From sequence record MT811961.1: a DNA stretch of 64,000 nucleotides. One strand, given 5' to 3'. A program made the position numbers and the translations under genes. The notes below the pieces were generated by a model, which saw only the letters and a program-made list of their open reading frames with translations, had not been told where the DNA came from and searched no databases. Of the stretch, positions 47,601 to 62,600 are shown piece by piece. Each line of letters opens with the position of its first letter. Positions within the stretch are counted from its first letter, which is position 1.

Positions 47601-50600
47601 GTTGTCTTTGATAGTGCAATCGATCATTTCGACTTGTCGTCTGCTTTGACTATTGAAGAGATGTTCTTTGGTAGTGTGGCGTTTAACCAGCCGATTGATA
47701 GTTGGACAACAACGACTGTTACTAACATGGCAGGTGTGTTTGATGGTGCAATTGCTTTCAACCAACCTATCCAGTCTTGGGATGTTCGCTTTGTAGAAAC
47801 CTTCTACCGTACATTCTCTGGTGCGGCTGCATTCAACCAACCACTAAACTTGTGGCGTACTGAATCGGCTAAGACCTTCAAGATGATGTTCCAATCGGCA
47901 CTTGTCTTTAACCAAGACTTGGCTAACTGGAATACAACAACGGTTACTGACTTCGATCGCATGTTCTTTAATGCGACAGCTTTCAATCAAGACATCTCGC
48001 CTTGGTGTGTGAAGCAAATCCCAGTAACTGGTCCGACGATGTTCTCGTTTGGTTCCCCACTAGAGCAAGACTTCTTGCCTATCTGGGGTGCACGCTGTTT
48101 AGCTGACTTGGCTGACCTTTGGTATGACGCTGGTGACATCACAAAAGTCTTTACTGACGAAGCTAAGACAACGAACCCGACTCCTGGTGATCGTGTTGCT
48201 GTATTAGAAGATATCGGTAAACTTGGTTTAGATGCAGTTCAAAGCGATGTTGCAAAACGTCCTATTTATCGTCAAGATGCAGCTGGCCTTGGTTACCTAG
48301 AATTCCCTGCCGGAACAGAGCTTCTTGTAAGTGGTGTTTCTGGTACAGGTGTTTGGGTAAACAACATTCCGTCTGTTGGTGGTTGGGGTGATTATATTAC
48401 CGTACCATCTACTACGTTCAAGATTGATTTTAATGCACAAGAGAAAGCAGGTGCGACTCGCAAGATGGGTCAGCTTATTGTTTACTTTGGTGCTCCAATT
48501 GCTACAGATATTCTCGTGCTATCAAAAGCAGCTGGTCGTTGGGCAAAACTATACGCCCCTGGTGCAGTAAGTGACATTAGCTGTGCGTTAGAAGACCGTA
48601 CTGAGTTTGACTGGGATATCGACAGCTGGAATATGTCGCGTGTTACTCGTGCTGACTATCTCTTTGCCGGTTGTGAAATTTACAATCGCCCAATGGATTC
48701 TTGGGATACCAGTGCATTAGTTTCTGCTGTGGGTATGTTTAAAGATGCGGTTGATTTCGATCAAGCTCTACCTTGGGACCTAATGTCACTTGTAGATGCT
48801 TCGTACATGTTCCATAACGCAACTGTCTTTAATGGCGATATCGTATCATGGAATACACCAGCCCTTCAGAAAATGGAAGGTATGTTCTACAATGCACGTC
48901 AGTTTAACCAGCCTATTGGTAACTGGGACGTAAGCAAAGTAACAATCTTTAAAGAAGCATTCCGCAGTGCAGTCCGCTTTAACCAGCCTTTATTGGGATG
49001 GAATACCGACAGTGCTGTTGACATGTCTCGTTTGTTCCAAAACACAGAAGTATTCAACCAGCCTCTTACAAGTTGGGTGACTGCATCCGTAGAGAACTTC
49101 GAAGGCATGTTCATGTCTACGCCTGTGTTTAACCAGCCGTTGAATCATTTCGATACTTCGTCTGCAACAAACATGCATTTCATGTTCCGAGATGCAGAAG
49201 ACTTTGCACAAGATCTAGATACTTGGAATGTAGAAAGTGTATCTGACTTCCGTGGTATGTTCTACGGTGCAGACTCGTTTAACCACAATATCGCTACTTG
49301 GCAGTTTAACGCAACTGACATCCTAATGGATGAAATGTTCCGTGAAGCATCTATCTTTAACTACGACATCTCTCTATGGGATACTGTCAATGTTACAAGC
49401 ATGATGCGCATGTTCAACAACGCTTACTTGTTCAACCATAACTTGATCACGTGGTGTGTTAAGAACGTAACTCCAGATGAGGCCGTAGACTTTGGTGAAA
49501 GTAGTCAACTTGATACTACCGAAGTTCCTTTGTTTGGCCAGCCTTGTGTGGGTGAGCTTTTAGATGGTTACTATGACCCTTCTATCAAACAGCTATTAGG
49601 CATTAACGTAGATGGTTCTGGTGTACCTGCTCCTGGCGAACGTGTTGCATTTATTGGTGATATTTCTGGTAAGGGTAACAACGGTGTTCAGGCCGATGTG
49701 ACAAAACGTCCGGTTTACCAAGAAGATACAAATGGTCGTGGCTATCTTGTATTTACTGATGATGAACATTTTGTTGTGCCGACTATTACTGACAGTTCTC
49801 GTAACTGGGTAGCAATAGCGGGTCGTGGTGTTCCTCAATGGGAAGGTCAACCAAATGGACCAGCTAAGCTAGGTATCAAGTCTGCTGGTGGTTCAGAAAA
49901 AGTATGGATCTGGGCAGGTGAAGCAGTAGCAACCGACACAGCACTAACCGCTGTTGAATTGGGCTCTATTCGCGATGCAATGAAATTACGTGCTGATGCA
50001 TATACAACCGAACTACAAAGCAGTATCTCTTACTTGCTGGCAAATGAAGAGTATGTGACTGGCGGTATGACTGACTTCCGTCTAAACTCTATTGCTTCTT
50101 TGCGTGGTTTGTTTAAAGGTGCGGTTCGTTTCAATGAAGACATCTCTGGTTGGGATACAACCATTGTCGGTGATCTAACAGAAACGTTCATGGGTGCGGC
50201 AGCATTTAACCAAGATCTGTCTGGTTGGACGACTGATCAAGTTCAGTTCCTAGACGATGCTTTCCATGGCGCGAGTTCATTTACGTCTGATCTATCCGGC
50301 TGGGTAACATCAAAAGTACGTAGCTTTAACCGTGCGTTCAAAGACTGTAGTAACTTTGAGTCTGACTTGTCGGGATGGACGATTCGTACAGATGTACCAG
50401 TTTCATTGATGGGTACATTTACAAGTGCAGCTAAGTTTGTTTCTGACCTAAGCAGCTGGGATACAAGCAGCGTAGTTTCTATGGCTGACTTGTTCTATGG
50501 TGCACTACTATTCAATAGTGACTTGTCATCTTGGGATGTACGCAAAGTAACGAACATGACAAACATGTTCCGCTCTGCTCCATTGTTTAACTCTGATCTT

Positions 50601-53600
50601 GGTGATTGGCGCGTAAGCGCTGTATTGACCATGGATTATATGTTTGATGGTGCAACTGCGTTTGACCAAGATATCTCTCGTTGGTGTGTACAGCAAATCG
50701 CGAGCAAACCAATTGACTTTGACAAGGGTGCTGCATTTGCAGGCGATGGTGCAAAACAGCCTTATTGGGGTGGTTTCTGTTTGACCGAACGTTCTGAGTT
50801 CTTCCATAGTGGTTCTGACAAAGACTGCATGTGGCAAGATACTGCAAGAACTATACCTGTAACAAACCCTGGTGACCCTGTTGCGTTCGTAATGGACTTG
50901 ACTGGTAACCAACGTCATCTACAGCAATCAGATAACGCTAAACGACCTATCTATCGTGAAGACGATAACGGCGTAGGTTATCTTGAGTTTGGCCCTAATC
51001 ACGACATGATCGTAGATTACAATGGCCGTGCTGACCACATCATCGGCGTAGTTGGCCGTGGTAAGATGACAACAGCGAACATCGACTTCTATGGCGGTAA
51101 AGGCATTAAACGTTACTTTACTCCTAATGCAATCGGTGTACACAAGCTAACGGACATGGCAGGTATTGCTCCTACATTGGACGCAGCATCTAAAACGTCT
51201 GCTAACAACACGATGTCTCAGCGTGCTAAAGTTTATGCAGCTAATGCTCAGACAACAATGAACGACTTCTTTGCGGGTAACTTGAACTTTAACAATGTCG
51301 ATGTGCAAACATGGGACATGCGTGAAGTTACTTCAATCCAGTCAATGTTCAGCGGCTGTGCTTCTATGAACCTAGACTTGTCTACGTGGAATACAGCTAA
51401 ACTAACAAACGCTACCTATGCATTTAAAGATGCTGGTGCATTTAACAAGTCAATTGATGCGTGGAATGTACAAGCACTAACAAACACAATGGGGATGTTC
51501 CAAGGTGCAACTGCTTACGACCAACCAATGTCTAGCTGGACGACTTCAGCACTAGCGACAACAAAATGGATGTTCAAAGATGCGGTAGCATTTAACCAAG
51601 CATTGTCTTGGGATATGAGCAAAGTAACTGATGTAAGTTACATGTTCGAAGGAGCTGAAAACTTTAACCAAAATATCTCTGGTTGGAATGTTGCTACTGT
51701 AACGACTGCCGAAGGTATGTTTAAAGATGCAAGCCGCTTTAACAACGCAAGCTCTTCTATGGCTAACATGGATTGGTCTGCATGTACGAACTTTACTCAT
51801 ATGTTCCAAGCTGCATTGAACTTCAATGCGATTGTAGATAACTGGACATTCTACTCTGGTGCCTCTGCAATTACAATGGCAGGTATGTTCATGGATGCTC
51901 GTGCATTCAACAAGAACGTAAATACTTGGAACACAACACGTGTAACCGACATGAACTCTATGTTCCGTGGTGCTTATGCGTTTAACAATGGCTTACAGGC
52001 CCTCACAGAGGCCTCAGGCAACTTTACAGTAGCAAATGCTACAACTCTACAAAGAATGTTCCAAGACGCTCGTGCGTTTAACCAGAACATTTCTGATTGG
52101 TCTACTGGTAACGTTACAGACATGAGCTTTATGTTCTTCTCGAACTCATCTGTATCGGTATTCAACCAACCAATCGGTAGTTGGAATGTTGGCAATGTAC
52201 TTACTATGGAATCCATGTTCCACGGTACAAGTGCGTTTAACCAAAACCTAGCTAACTGGAATATGAGCAAGGTTACGAATGTAACCAACATGTTCCGTAA
52301 TGCAACTGCTTATGATAACGGCGGTGTAAACGAACTAGAGAAATGGGATACTTCTTCATTTACTGCGATGCGCGGTATGTTTGAATTTGCAACAGCATTT
52401 AATAAGATGCTTTGTCGTTGGGACGTAAGTAACGTAACAGACATGACAAACGTCTTTAACGGTGCAGATGCAATGACAGCATATCTAGCAGGTTGGGATG
52501 TTCAACATATCCCATCAGAGCCGAATCTATTCGGTGCGGTCAATGTGGCGAATCCTCCACAATGGGGCTTGGCTCCTGATCCATGTCGTTCTGATTGTTC
52601 GCGTGGCTTAGCGGATGCTGGTTCGATTGCGACTTACCTTGGCTTCGAGAAACAATGGTTCTACCAAGACACAGCAGGTACTACTCCAGTAACTGCATCT
52701 GGTCAAAAGGTAATGCTGTTGGAAGATAGTTCTGGTAACGGCAACGACATCACTTGGGCCGATGCAGCAAGTGCACCAACTTATCGTGAAGACGCAAACG
52801 GTAACGGCTATTTAGAATTCGAAGAAGGACAGTCTATCCAGTACGCTGGAATGAGCGACGGTGCCTTGATTGTATTCAATCTAGTCAACAACGGTATTGT
52901 TTCAATTACACGCGATACGGCTACAGGCGAGATCTTTGGTAATGATCGCGACGATGCATTCCTTGTATCGGCAATTGCGATTGCACCAAGTACTGCTGAT
53001 GAAACAGCATTAAGAACGGCCATGGGTACATGTGGTCCAACTTATGCCGATCGTAACACAACGTTCCAAAACCTATTTGCAGGTGAAGAACACATTGGCT
53101 CTGTAGCGGGTCTAAGTACAACGGGTGTAACTAACTTTGAGGGTACTTTCCTTAATGCGATAAACTTTAATGAGGATATCAATGCATGGGATATGAGCTC
53201 AGCTCTAACTACCAAAGGTATGTTCTCCGGTGCAACTGCGTTCAACCAAAATGTTTCTAGCTGGGTAGTTTCTTCCATTGTAACAATGGAAGACATGTTC
53301 CGTGGCGCTGGAGCGTTTAACAATGGTGGTACAGCTGGTACAAACTCAGTACCTTTGACATGGACAACTACTGCTCTTACTGACATCACTGGTGTATTCC
53401 GTGATGCAAGTGCGTTTAACCAAGACATCTCCTTGTGGAATGTGAGTGGGGTTCAGTCATTTGCTTTTGCGTTTGCTGGAGCAACCTCGTTTAACCAGAA
53501 TGTTTCGGGTTGGACTACAGCCGCTGCAACAAACATGCAAGCAACGTTCCAAGGTGCAACTTCATTCAACCAACCTTTGGCTGGATGGGATTTAACCGGC

Positions 53601-56600
53601 GTAGTAACAATCCAGTCTATCCTTGAAGGTGCAACATCGTTTGACCAACCGGTAAACTGGGACGTGTCTACGGTAGCTAACTTCGGCAAGGCATTTAAAG
53701 GAGCATCTGCATTCAATCAAGATCTTTCTGGTTGGGATACAGCTTCGGCAGTAGACCTTCGTGAAATGTTCATGAGCGCAATTGTCTTTAATAGTGATCT
53801 GTCTACATGGGATGTTAGCGATGTAACTTTCTTCCAAGGTATGTTCTGTGATGCGATTTCGTTTAACGGCAATATTTCAACTTGGGATACTGGTTCAGCA
53901 GTTAACATGTCTTATATGTTTGATGGTGCCAATGTCTTTAACGGAGACCTTAGTAACTGGAAAACCGGACTTGTTACGACAATGTCGAATATGTTCCACA
54001 ATACCTCCGACTTTAACAAGCCGATTGGTCGTTGGGATGTAAGTAAAGTTGTTGACTTCGATCATATGTTCTCAGATGCACTTGCATTCAATCAGCGCAT
54101 CTCTTGTTGGAACACCGAGTCAGCTACAAACATGGATGACATGTTTAACAATGCAACTTCCTTTAGTCAAAACTTGATTGGTTGGTGTGTGGATAAAATC
54201 ACAACGAAACCAACAGACTTTGATACGGGTACGGGTGCATCGTTCTTGAACAGCACTACACTACAGCCACAATGGGGTACATGTACACCTGGTTCGATTG
54301 GTGGTGATAACATACTGGCTTCGTTTAGTCCAACGCTAAAAGAAACACTATGGCAAGACTCAGGTAAGACAGTTCCTGTTGCAAACGTTGGAGACAACAT
54401 TGCAGTTATCGAAGATACATCGGGTAACGGCAATGACTTGATTGTCACTGGCGGCTGTAAGTACATGGAAGATTCAAATGGCCTAGGCTACATCAGACTG
54501 GAATTTGCTCCGCCTCTTCCTGGTCAACCGATGTTACCGCCTCCGACTCTTTCTATTCCTACGGTAACCACGTCGTGCGATATTGCATTTGTTATCCCAT
54601 CAGTAGGTGATACAATTGTTGAACGTACCAATGGTACAGACATCTTTGGTCCAGCATTTAGACCTATGAACTTTGGTCCTATCGTAATCACAGCGAGTGG
54701 TTCTGGATCTACGGTTCGTGGTTTCGACTGTACTGAATATGGACCTGGGTTGACTACAATGTTGGCAGATTACTTTGCTAACGACACAGCGTTTAACCAG
54801 AACCTAGATCATTGGGATACAAGTGACGTAGAGTACTTCTACTCGCTATTCCGAGGTGCAACAGCATTTAACAATGGTGGTACTTCTGGTGCAACAACAT
54901 CTCCACTTATGTGGGATATGTCGTCAGCTATCGAGCTAGACGAAATGTTTAGAGACGCAACTTCATTTAACCAACCAGTTGGCTCATGGGACGTAAGTAA
55001 CGTGACTTCAATGGAAAGTTTATTTGAAGGTGCTACGAGCTTTAACCAAAGCGTCAATGCTTGGACAGTAACTGTACTTGAAAATGCAGCCTCTATGTTC
55101 CAAGACGCTACGTCCTACAACCAAGCAATGGATAGCTGGACAACTCCCGCATTGAGTGATATTAACTATATGTTCTCTGGTGCAACGGCATTTAACCATC
55201 CGTTGGATAATTGGGACGTAAGTAATGTTACAGAAATGCGCAATGTGTTTGAAGGTGCGACTGCATTTAACGGCACAGTAAATGGTTGGAATACCACAAA
55301 CTGTACGGAACTTGTAGATGTATTTAAAGAAGCATCTGCCTTTAACCGTCCATTGGATAATTGGGATGTAAGTAACGTCACAACAATGGAACAGTTGTTT
55401 ACCGATGCGATTGCATTTAACCAGCCATTGAATACTTGGGATGTAAGTAACGTTAAGAACTTCATCAGTACGTTTGAAGGTGCACTTGACTTTAACCAAG
55501 ATCTTTCAAGCTGGACTCCTGTAGCAGCCGAAGTTACCGAATACATGTTCTACCGAGCAAGTTCGTTTAACAACGGTGGTGTGGGTACCATGTACTGGGA
55601 TGTGAGCAATGTGTTCTCGGCAGGTGGTATGTTCAATGCAGCTTCTGCCTTTAACGCTAACTTGAGTGGTTGGAAAACCACACGCCTGGGCAATGCAGTA
55701 GAGATGTTCAAAGATGCGGTAGCATACAATCAGCCAATGGGTTGTTGGGATGTAAGTAGTGTAACAGCCATGGAAGAAATGTTCATGGGTGCGACACTGT
55801 TTGATCAATCGCTACAGGGATGGAATGTTGAAAACATCGGTTCTAAACCAAGTGATTTTGACACGGACTCTGGTATTGAAAACGATGCGAACAAACTACC
55901 TATCTGGGGTACAAGTGGTACAGGCGGTCTAACTGCTTCTAGTCCACTGTCGTTTACTCGTATTGCGGACATTGAAGGTCTATGGCAAGACTTTGCTAAG
56001 ACTACCGCAGCAACAGCAGACGGCGATCCAGTAGCAGTAGCAGAAGACTTCTCTGGTAACTCAAATGAAGTATGGTTCCAAAATACGACTTTGAGAATTG
56101 ATGGTAATGGCAATGGTTATCTTGAAATGACCAATGGCGGTAACTTGCGCGCAGATAGCGTTCGAGTAGCTGCTGACTTATCATTCAATGTTCCAGGTGT
56201 AGGACATACATTTGTTCCTATGTTAGCTTCTGGCTCTGGTGTAACTTACTGGAACCAACCAGCAACAATGATGATTACAGACATCGTTATTACTGAGTCT
56301 GGATTTGGTAATACGGTAACAGGCCATAACTGTAAGACATGGATCCCTGGTACTACCACGTCATTGGATTACCTGTTTGCTGGACAAGAGAACTTCAATG
56401 GTGATCTAAGTCATTGGGATACTACTGGCGTTACTTCGGCTCAGTACATGTTCTTTAATGCGAAGGCCTTTAACCAGCCTTTGAATCATTTTGACATGTC
56501 AGCAGTTGAAAACGTAACGGGTATGTTTAATGGTGCTGAAGTATTCAATCAAGATCTAAACTCTTGGGATGTTTCGAAAGTAACAAGCGCTTCTTCTATG

Positions 56601-59600
56601 TTTAGAGAAGCTTCGGCGTTTAACGGTGACATTAGTAACTGGTCAATGCCTCTTGTTAACTTTGTAGATAACATGTTCTATGCAGCAACAGCATTTAACT
56701 CGGATGTGTCTAATCTAAATCCAGTTAAAGCTACAACGTTCTCTCAGATGTTTACGGGAGCTATCGCATTTAACAATGGTTCAACAGCTGGCGACAGTGA
56801 TAATCCATTAACATGGACGATTCCAGAAGCTACTGATATGAACCGCATGTTCCGTGCAGCTCGCTCATTCAACCAAGACATCTCTACGTTTGAAACTGGC
56901 AAAGTCACTGACATGGAATTCATGTTTAATGGCGCAATTGTCTTTAACAGAGATATTGGTAATTGGGACGTAAGCAAAGTAACACTCTTTGAGTCTATGT
57001 TTGAAGAGGCAATTGCATTCACGAACAATGGACAGCCAATGAACTGGGATATTTCGTCCGCAGTTGAAATGGAAGAAATGTTCAAGGATGCAGAATCGTT
57101 TAACGCGCCAATGCCTAACTGGGCGTTCCCGGCTGGAGCAAACCTTAAAGAAATGTTAGAAAATGCGAAGGTGTTTAACCAAGATGTAAATACTTGGACC
57201 TTTGCGGCTGGTGTTACTGCGGATGACTTCATGGAAGACTGTACGTTGTTTAACAACGGTTCAGCTCCAGGAGCAAGCGATAATCCATTAACTTGGGATA
57301 CGTCGCTATTAGAAGACATGTCAGGCTTACTGCGTGGTTGTGCTTCATTTAACCAACCAGTGCCTAACCTAAGCTTTGCAGGTGTGGAAGCAGTGTCGTC
57401 GTTGTTCCGTGGATGTGCGTTGTTTAACCAGCCACTTGATCATCTAGACACAAGTATGATCACTAACTTTGCATACATGTTTACAGATGCCGAAGTCTTT
57501 AACCAAGATATCTCCATGTGGGATACTTCTAAAGCAGACAGCATGGGCAGTATGTTTAGTGGGGCTCTTGCGTTTAACCAGCCATTAGCAAACTGGGATG
57601 TTTCTAACGTTGTAGATATGTATGAAATGTTCTCTGGCGCTGAAGCGTTTAACCAGCCTCTTGGTTGTTGGGATGTTTCTAGTGTTGATGAATATGGCAT
57701 GGAATACATGTTCCAAGGTGCAACTCTATTCGATCAAAATCTTTCTGGCTGGTGTGTAAGTAACATCGCAGTACTAGAAGAAGGATTCGATGAAGGCGCA
57801 GCGTTTGAAGGTAACGCGAGCAAACACCCACAATGGGGTTCTTGTCCAACCAACGGCCTAACAGCAGATGGTGCAGTTGCAACAGCAGCGTTTGATGACA
57901 AGACACTACTATGGCAAGATGCAGCGAAGACAGTTCCAGTTACCAGTGATGGTGATACAGTCCTAGCTATTGATAGTCGCCATATAACCTCAAACACAGT
58001 CAGTGCCACAATTACTGTAAATGGTACTGCAACATACCGTGAAGATGCGGTAACAGGTACGGGCTACCTAGAACTGGATGCAGGTGCAGAACTTGTGTTC
58101 CCTGGTGTTACTTCGACTAACATCAAGTACATCTACGAAATCCCTACTCTGGGACAAGTAGAAGTAGGTTCGGCTGGTGATATTACAGAAAACATCTTCT
58201 GGGGTAAATCACAATCAGTTAAAATCGCTCGTATCGTCGCTACACTGTCAACAGGTGGTTTAAGTCCTGTTGGTCTAGGATGTGGCAAGTACGAAGATGT
58301 AGGCACAATTACGTTAGCTGAACATTTCGATGATTGGCTAATCAACAATACAAACGTGTCAAACTGGACGACTGGTTCAGTAACAAGCATGAGTGGGTTG
58401 TTCCGTAATGATACTTTGGTCGTTCCTGATATCTCCGGATGGGATGTGAGCAAAGTAACGGACTTCTCATTCATGTTTGAGAATGTTAGTGCAATGAATG
58501 CGGATATCTCCGGCTGGAATACTGAAGAAGGTACAAACTTCGAAGGTATGTTTAAAGGAGCAACAACCTTTAACGTCGATATCGGTTCATGGAACACGAG
58601 CAAGGCAACAAACCTAACTTCTATGTTTGAAGATGCAGCAGCATTTAACTACGACATCTCTGGTTGGACAATGACAGGTTCTGTTTTGACTACCAACAAG
58701 ATGTTTAAGGGTGCAGCCGCATTTAATCGTGACATGACTAACTTCAACGTTACGAATGTTACAGACATGTCAGAAATGTTTGCTAATACATCGGCATTCA
58801 ATGGTGCGTTGACTGGATGGGATCCACAGGCAGTGACAACAACGGAAGGTATGTTCGAAAATACCTCTGTGTTTAACCAGCCTATCGCGTGGACCAATAC
58901 AACTGCTTTGACTAATACATCTCGTATGTTTAAGTCAGCACTGGCATACAACAACACAGTAAACATCAATACTGCGCTTGTAACAAACGCAAGTGAAATG
59001 TTTGCAGGTACATGGGCGTTCGATACTGCTCTTGGTGCTCTTGTTACATTCCCTGCGGCCAAAGACCTAAGCAACATGTTTAATGGTGCAGCCGTCTTTA
59101 ACAAACCAGTAGCTGGTCTATTGCCTAATGTAGGTGAAGACTTTACCGGCATGTTCCGCAATGCAGAGGCATTTAACCAACCATTAACTGGCTGGACAAT
59201 GACTGAAGCACTTAAAGCCGGACACATGTTCTCTGGAGCAGCAGCGTTTAACCAACCTGTTAACTTCTGGGATATGGGTAAAGTTACAGACATCAGCTTT
59301 ATCTTTGCTAATGCAGCTGCGTTTGATCAAGTAATTGATACTTGGGATCTTGCAAGTGTAACTAGCATGCCTGGTGTGTTTAATGGTGCAGCGGCGTACA
59401 ATCAATCGCTCGCTAACATGACGATTCCAACAGCAGTTACAGATCTAAGTGACTTCTTTAACGGTGCAACATCGTTTAACCAAGAAGTAAACCACTGGAC
59501 GGTTACTCAAGTACTGACTATGCAACGCATGTTCAGTAATGCAGCAGCGTTTAATAAGTCTGTGGCTAACTGGGATCCATCTGTTTGTGAAAACATGGAA

Positions 59601-62600
59601 GAGATGTTCCGTGGTGCGACTGTCTTTAATCAGTCAATGCCATGTTGGAATGTTTCGGCTGTTACTGAAATGACAGCAATGTTCCGTGATGCAGTAGCGT
59701 TTGATCAAGACATTGGTTCTTGGTGTGTTGGTAACAACATCGCAAACAAACCATTGAACTTTGCAGCAAACTCACCAATCGACAATACAGCAAAAGAACC
59801 TAAATGGGGCGTTGCTTGTACTGCGGGCGGTGGCCTTGGTGCAGATAACATGTTGGCATTGTTTGACCCACGTGACATGAGTACGCTATTCCAGGATGCG
59901 GCACGTACAATTCCTGTAATGGCAGCTGGTGATGTAGTACGTGGTATTACCGACTTGTCTGGTAATGACAACCACGCTGAGTTTACTGGTAACAATGCAC
60001 GCTACGGCGAGGATAGCAATGGTACAGGCTGTCTATTCATTGGTCTAAGTAACCCATTGCGTGTACCAACAATCACAGATGCGGCAGACACTGCGTTCAT
60101 CTTGCCTAACATCGGCGATACGTTTATTCCTCATCTGGCGAATGCTGGCGGTCTTCAGTTCTACAACCGTGCATTTGGTAATGGTCAGGAATTCGGACCT
60201 ATTGTGGTCACTGCAAGTGGTTCGGGCAATACCATCTCCGGTAAGCAATGTATTGCATACGACGGTACGAAAGCAACGAGTACATCTTACCTCTTCTACA
60301 ATGAAGAACAGTTCAACGGCGATCTCTCTGATTGGGATATGTCCGGTGTAACTGAAATCAAGAACATGTTCCAACGCGCACGCAATTGGAACAACGGCAA
60401 AGCTCCTGGCGAAGCCTCTGTACTTGATTGGGATGTTTCTGGTGTAACCAACATGGTTAGTGTCTTCCATGATGCTAATGCAATGAACGTCGATATCGGC
60501 AACTGGGATGTAAGCAACGTAACAACGTTTAGTAACATGCTTCGCGGAACCACCGTGTTTAACAACGGCGACAATGCGAACATGAACTGGACAATTAAAG
60601 ATGGTGCTAACTTAGAGTTCTTGTTCTATGATGCAGCTGCCTTCAACCGCGATATTTCTGGTTGGAACATTGCTGGTAATGCACGCCTAGCGTCTATGTT
60701 GGAAGGTGCGATCAAATTTAACAACGGCGAGGCAGCGGGCCTATCTGGTGTACCTCTAACATCATGGGATCTGTCTCAAGTTACTACTATTGCAAAACTG
60801 TTCTATGAAGCAGAGTCCTTCAACCAAGACGTAAGTAATTGGGATGTAGGTAATGTTGTCGACATGAACGGTGTGTTTGGTTACTGTAAAGTCTTTAACC
60901 AAGATGTTTCAGGTTGGGATACGAAGAACGCAACAAACATGTCTTCGGCGTTCCGTACATGTTGGGCCTTTAACCAAGACCTAAGTGGATGGGACACAAG
61001 TAAGAACACGAACTTCAGCTTTATGTTCTTGCAAGCTAAGGTGTTTAACAACGGCTCGACTGTTGGTAATGACAAACCATTGAGCTTTGATACCTCTGCG
61101 GGTACAAACTTCTTGAGTATGTTTAACAACGCGAACGCCTTTAACCAAGACATCAGTTCGTTTGACTTATCGAATGCAACAGCAACGGCATTTATGTTCA
61201 GTCACTGTCATGTGTTCAACCAAAACATCAACGGCATCGGACAAATCGGCGGCGATAACATCAATACGATGTTTGGCTACTGTCGTGAGTTTGACAATGT
61301 CGGCGTACCAATGGAACTTAACTTACCGACTGCTACAAACGTTAAACGTATGTTTGCAGAATGTTATAAGTTAAACCAACCAATCAAGATGACGGCTCCT
61401 GTATTAGATAGCTATGAAGATATGCTATATCGTTGTAGCATCTACGATGCGGACGTTAGCGAACTGCTTGTACCATCGGCAACGAAACTAACGGGTCTAT
61501 TCTGGATTGCTATGGCATTCACTGGTAAGGGCCTAGATAACTGGGATGTTTCTAACATCACTGACTTTACACGTATCTTCCGTAACACAAGTATCAACAA
61601 GGCATTGAATTGTTGGGACTTCAGTAGTGCTACCAACATGTCCAACATGTTCGGCGGTGCGAACAGTATGGATGCGGATATCTCTGGTTGGTGTGTACCA
61701 AACATCACAACTGAACCAACCGCGTTTGCGACTGGTGCACCTATTGCTACTCAACCTGCGAAATTGCCTGATTGGGCTAACATGGCAGGCTGTACTAAAG
61801 CACCTACAACAACCATCGATACTACAGGCATGCTAGCGGCATTCGACATGCAAGACACATCACGCATGTGGCAGGATGAAGCTAAGACCGTTCCGGTTAC
61901 AGCAGCAGGTCAAACTGTTCGCGTGATCGAGGACATGTCTGGCAATGGTAACGATGCTGTTCTTGGAAATGGCGCTAAGTACCAAGAAGACGCTAACGGT
62001 GTTGGTGCATTGGAAATGGCGACAGCTGTAAGCTTTAAAGTGGCTGGTGTAACTACTGCTTGTGAGGTTATCGTAGAATACCCAACAATCGGTAAAGCAC
62101 ACTTTGCTCGCTTAGCTAATGCTGGCGGTCAAGAGCTATGGAACAAGTTTATCAACAACTTGTACAAACCTAAGTGGGGTGCAGTTGTAATCAGACCTGA
62201 TGGTTCTGGTGATGACTCTATTCCTGCTGGTGCTTGTGCGGCTCGTGCTGACTATACTGACATGACGTTCTCTACTTCGGCTGAATACGCATTGTCTGGT
62301 GAAGACTACATTCTGAGTGACATGACAGATTGGACTACTGCTCATCTGAAATCGATCGCAGGTATCTTCCGTGACACCGCAAACTTCAACCAAGACATCT
62401 CTACGTGGGATCTGTCAGCAGTAGAAAATGCGGACCGTGTGTTTACTGATGCGAAAGCATTTAACCAAGACCTAGAAGGATGGGTTGGTTTCAAACCTAC
62501 TCGTGCTGCTGGTATCTTTGAACGTGCAACCGCATTTAACGGCGCGATTGACGGATGGGACATGTCACGTTGTACGAACTTCTACAACATGTTTAGCGGT

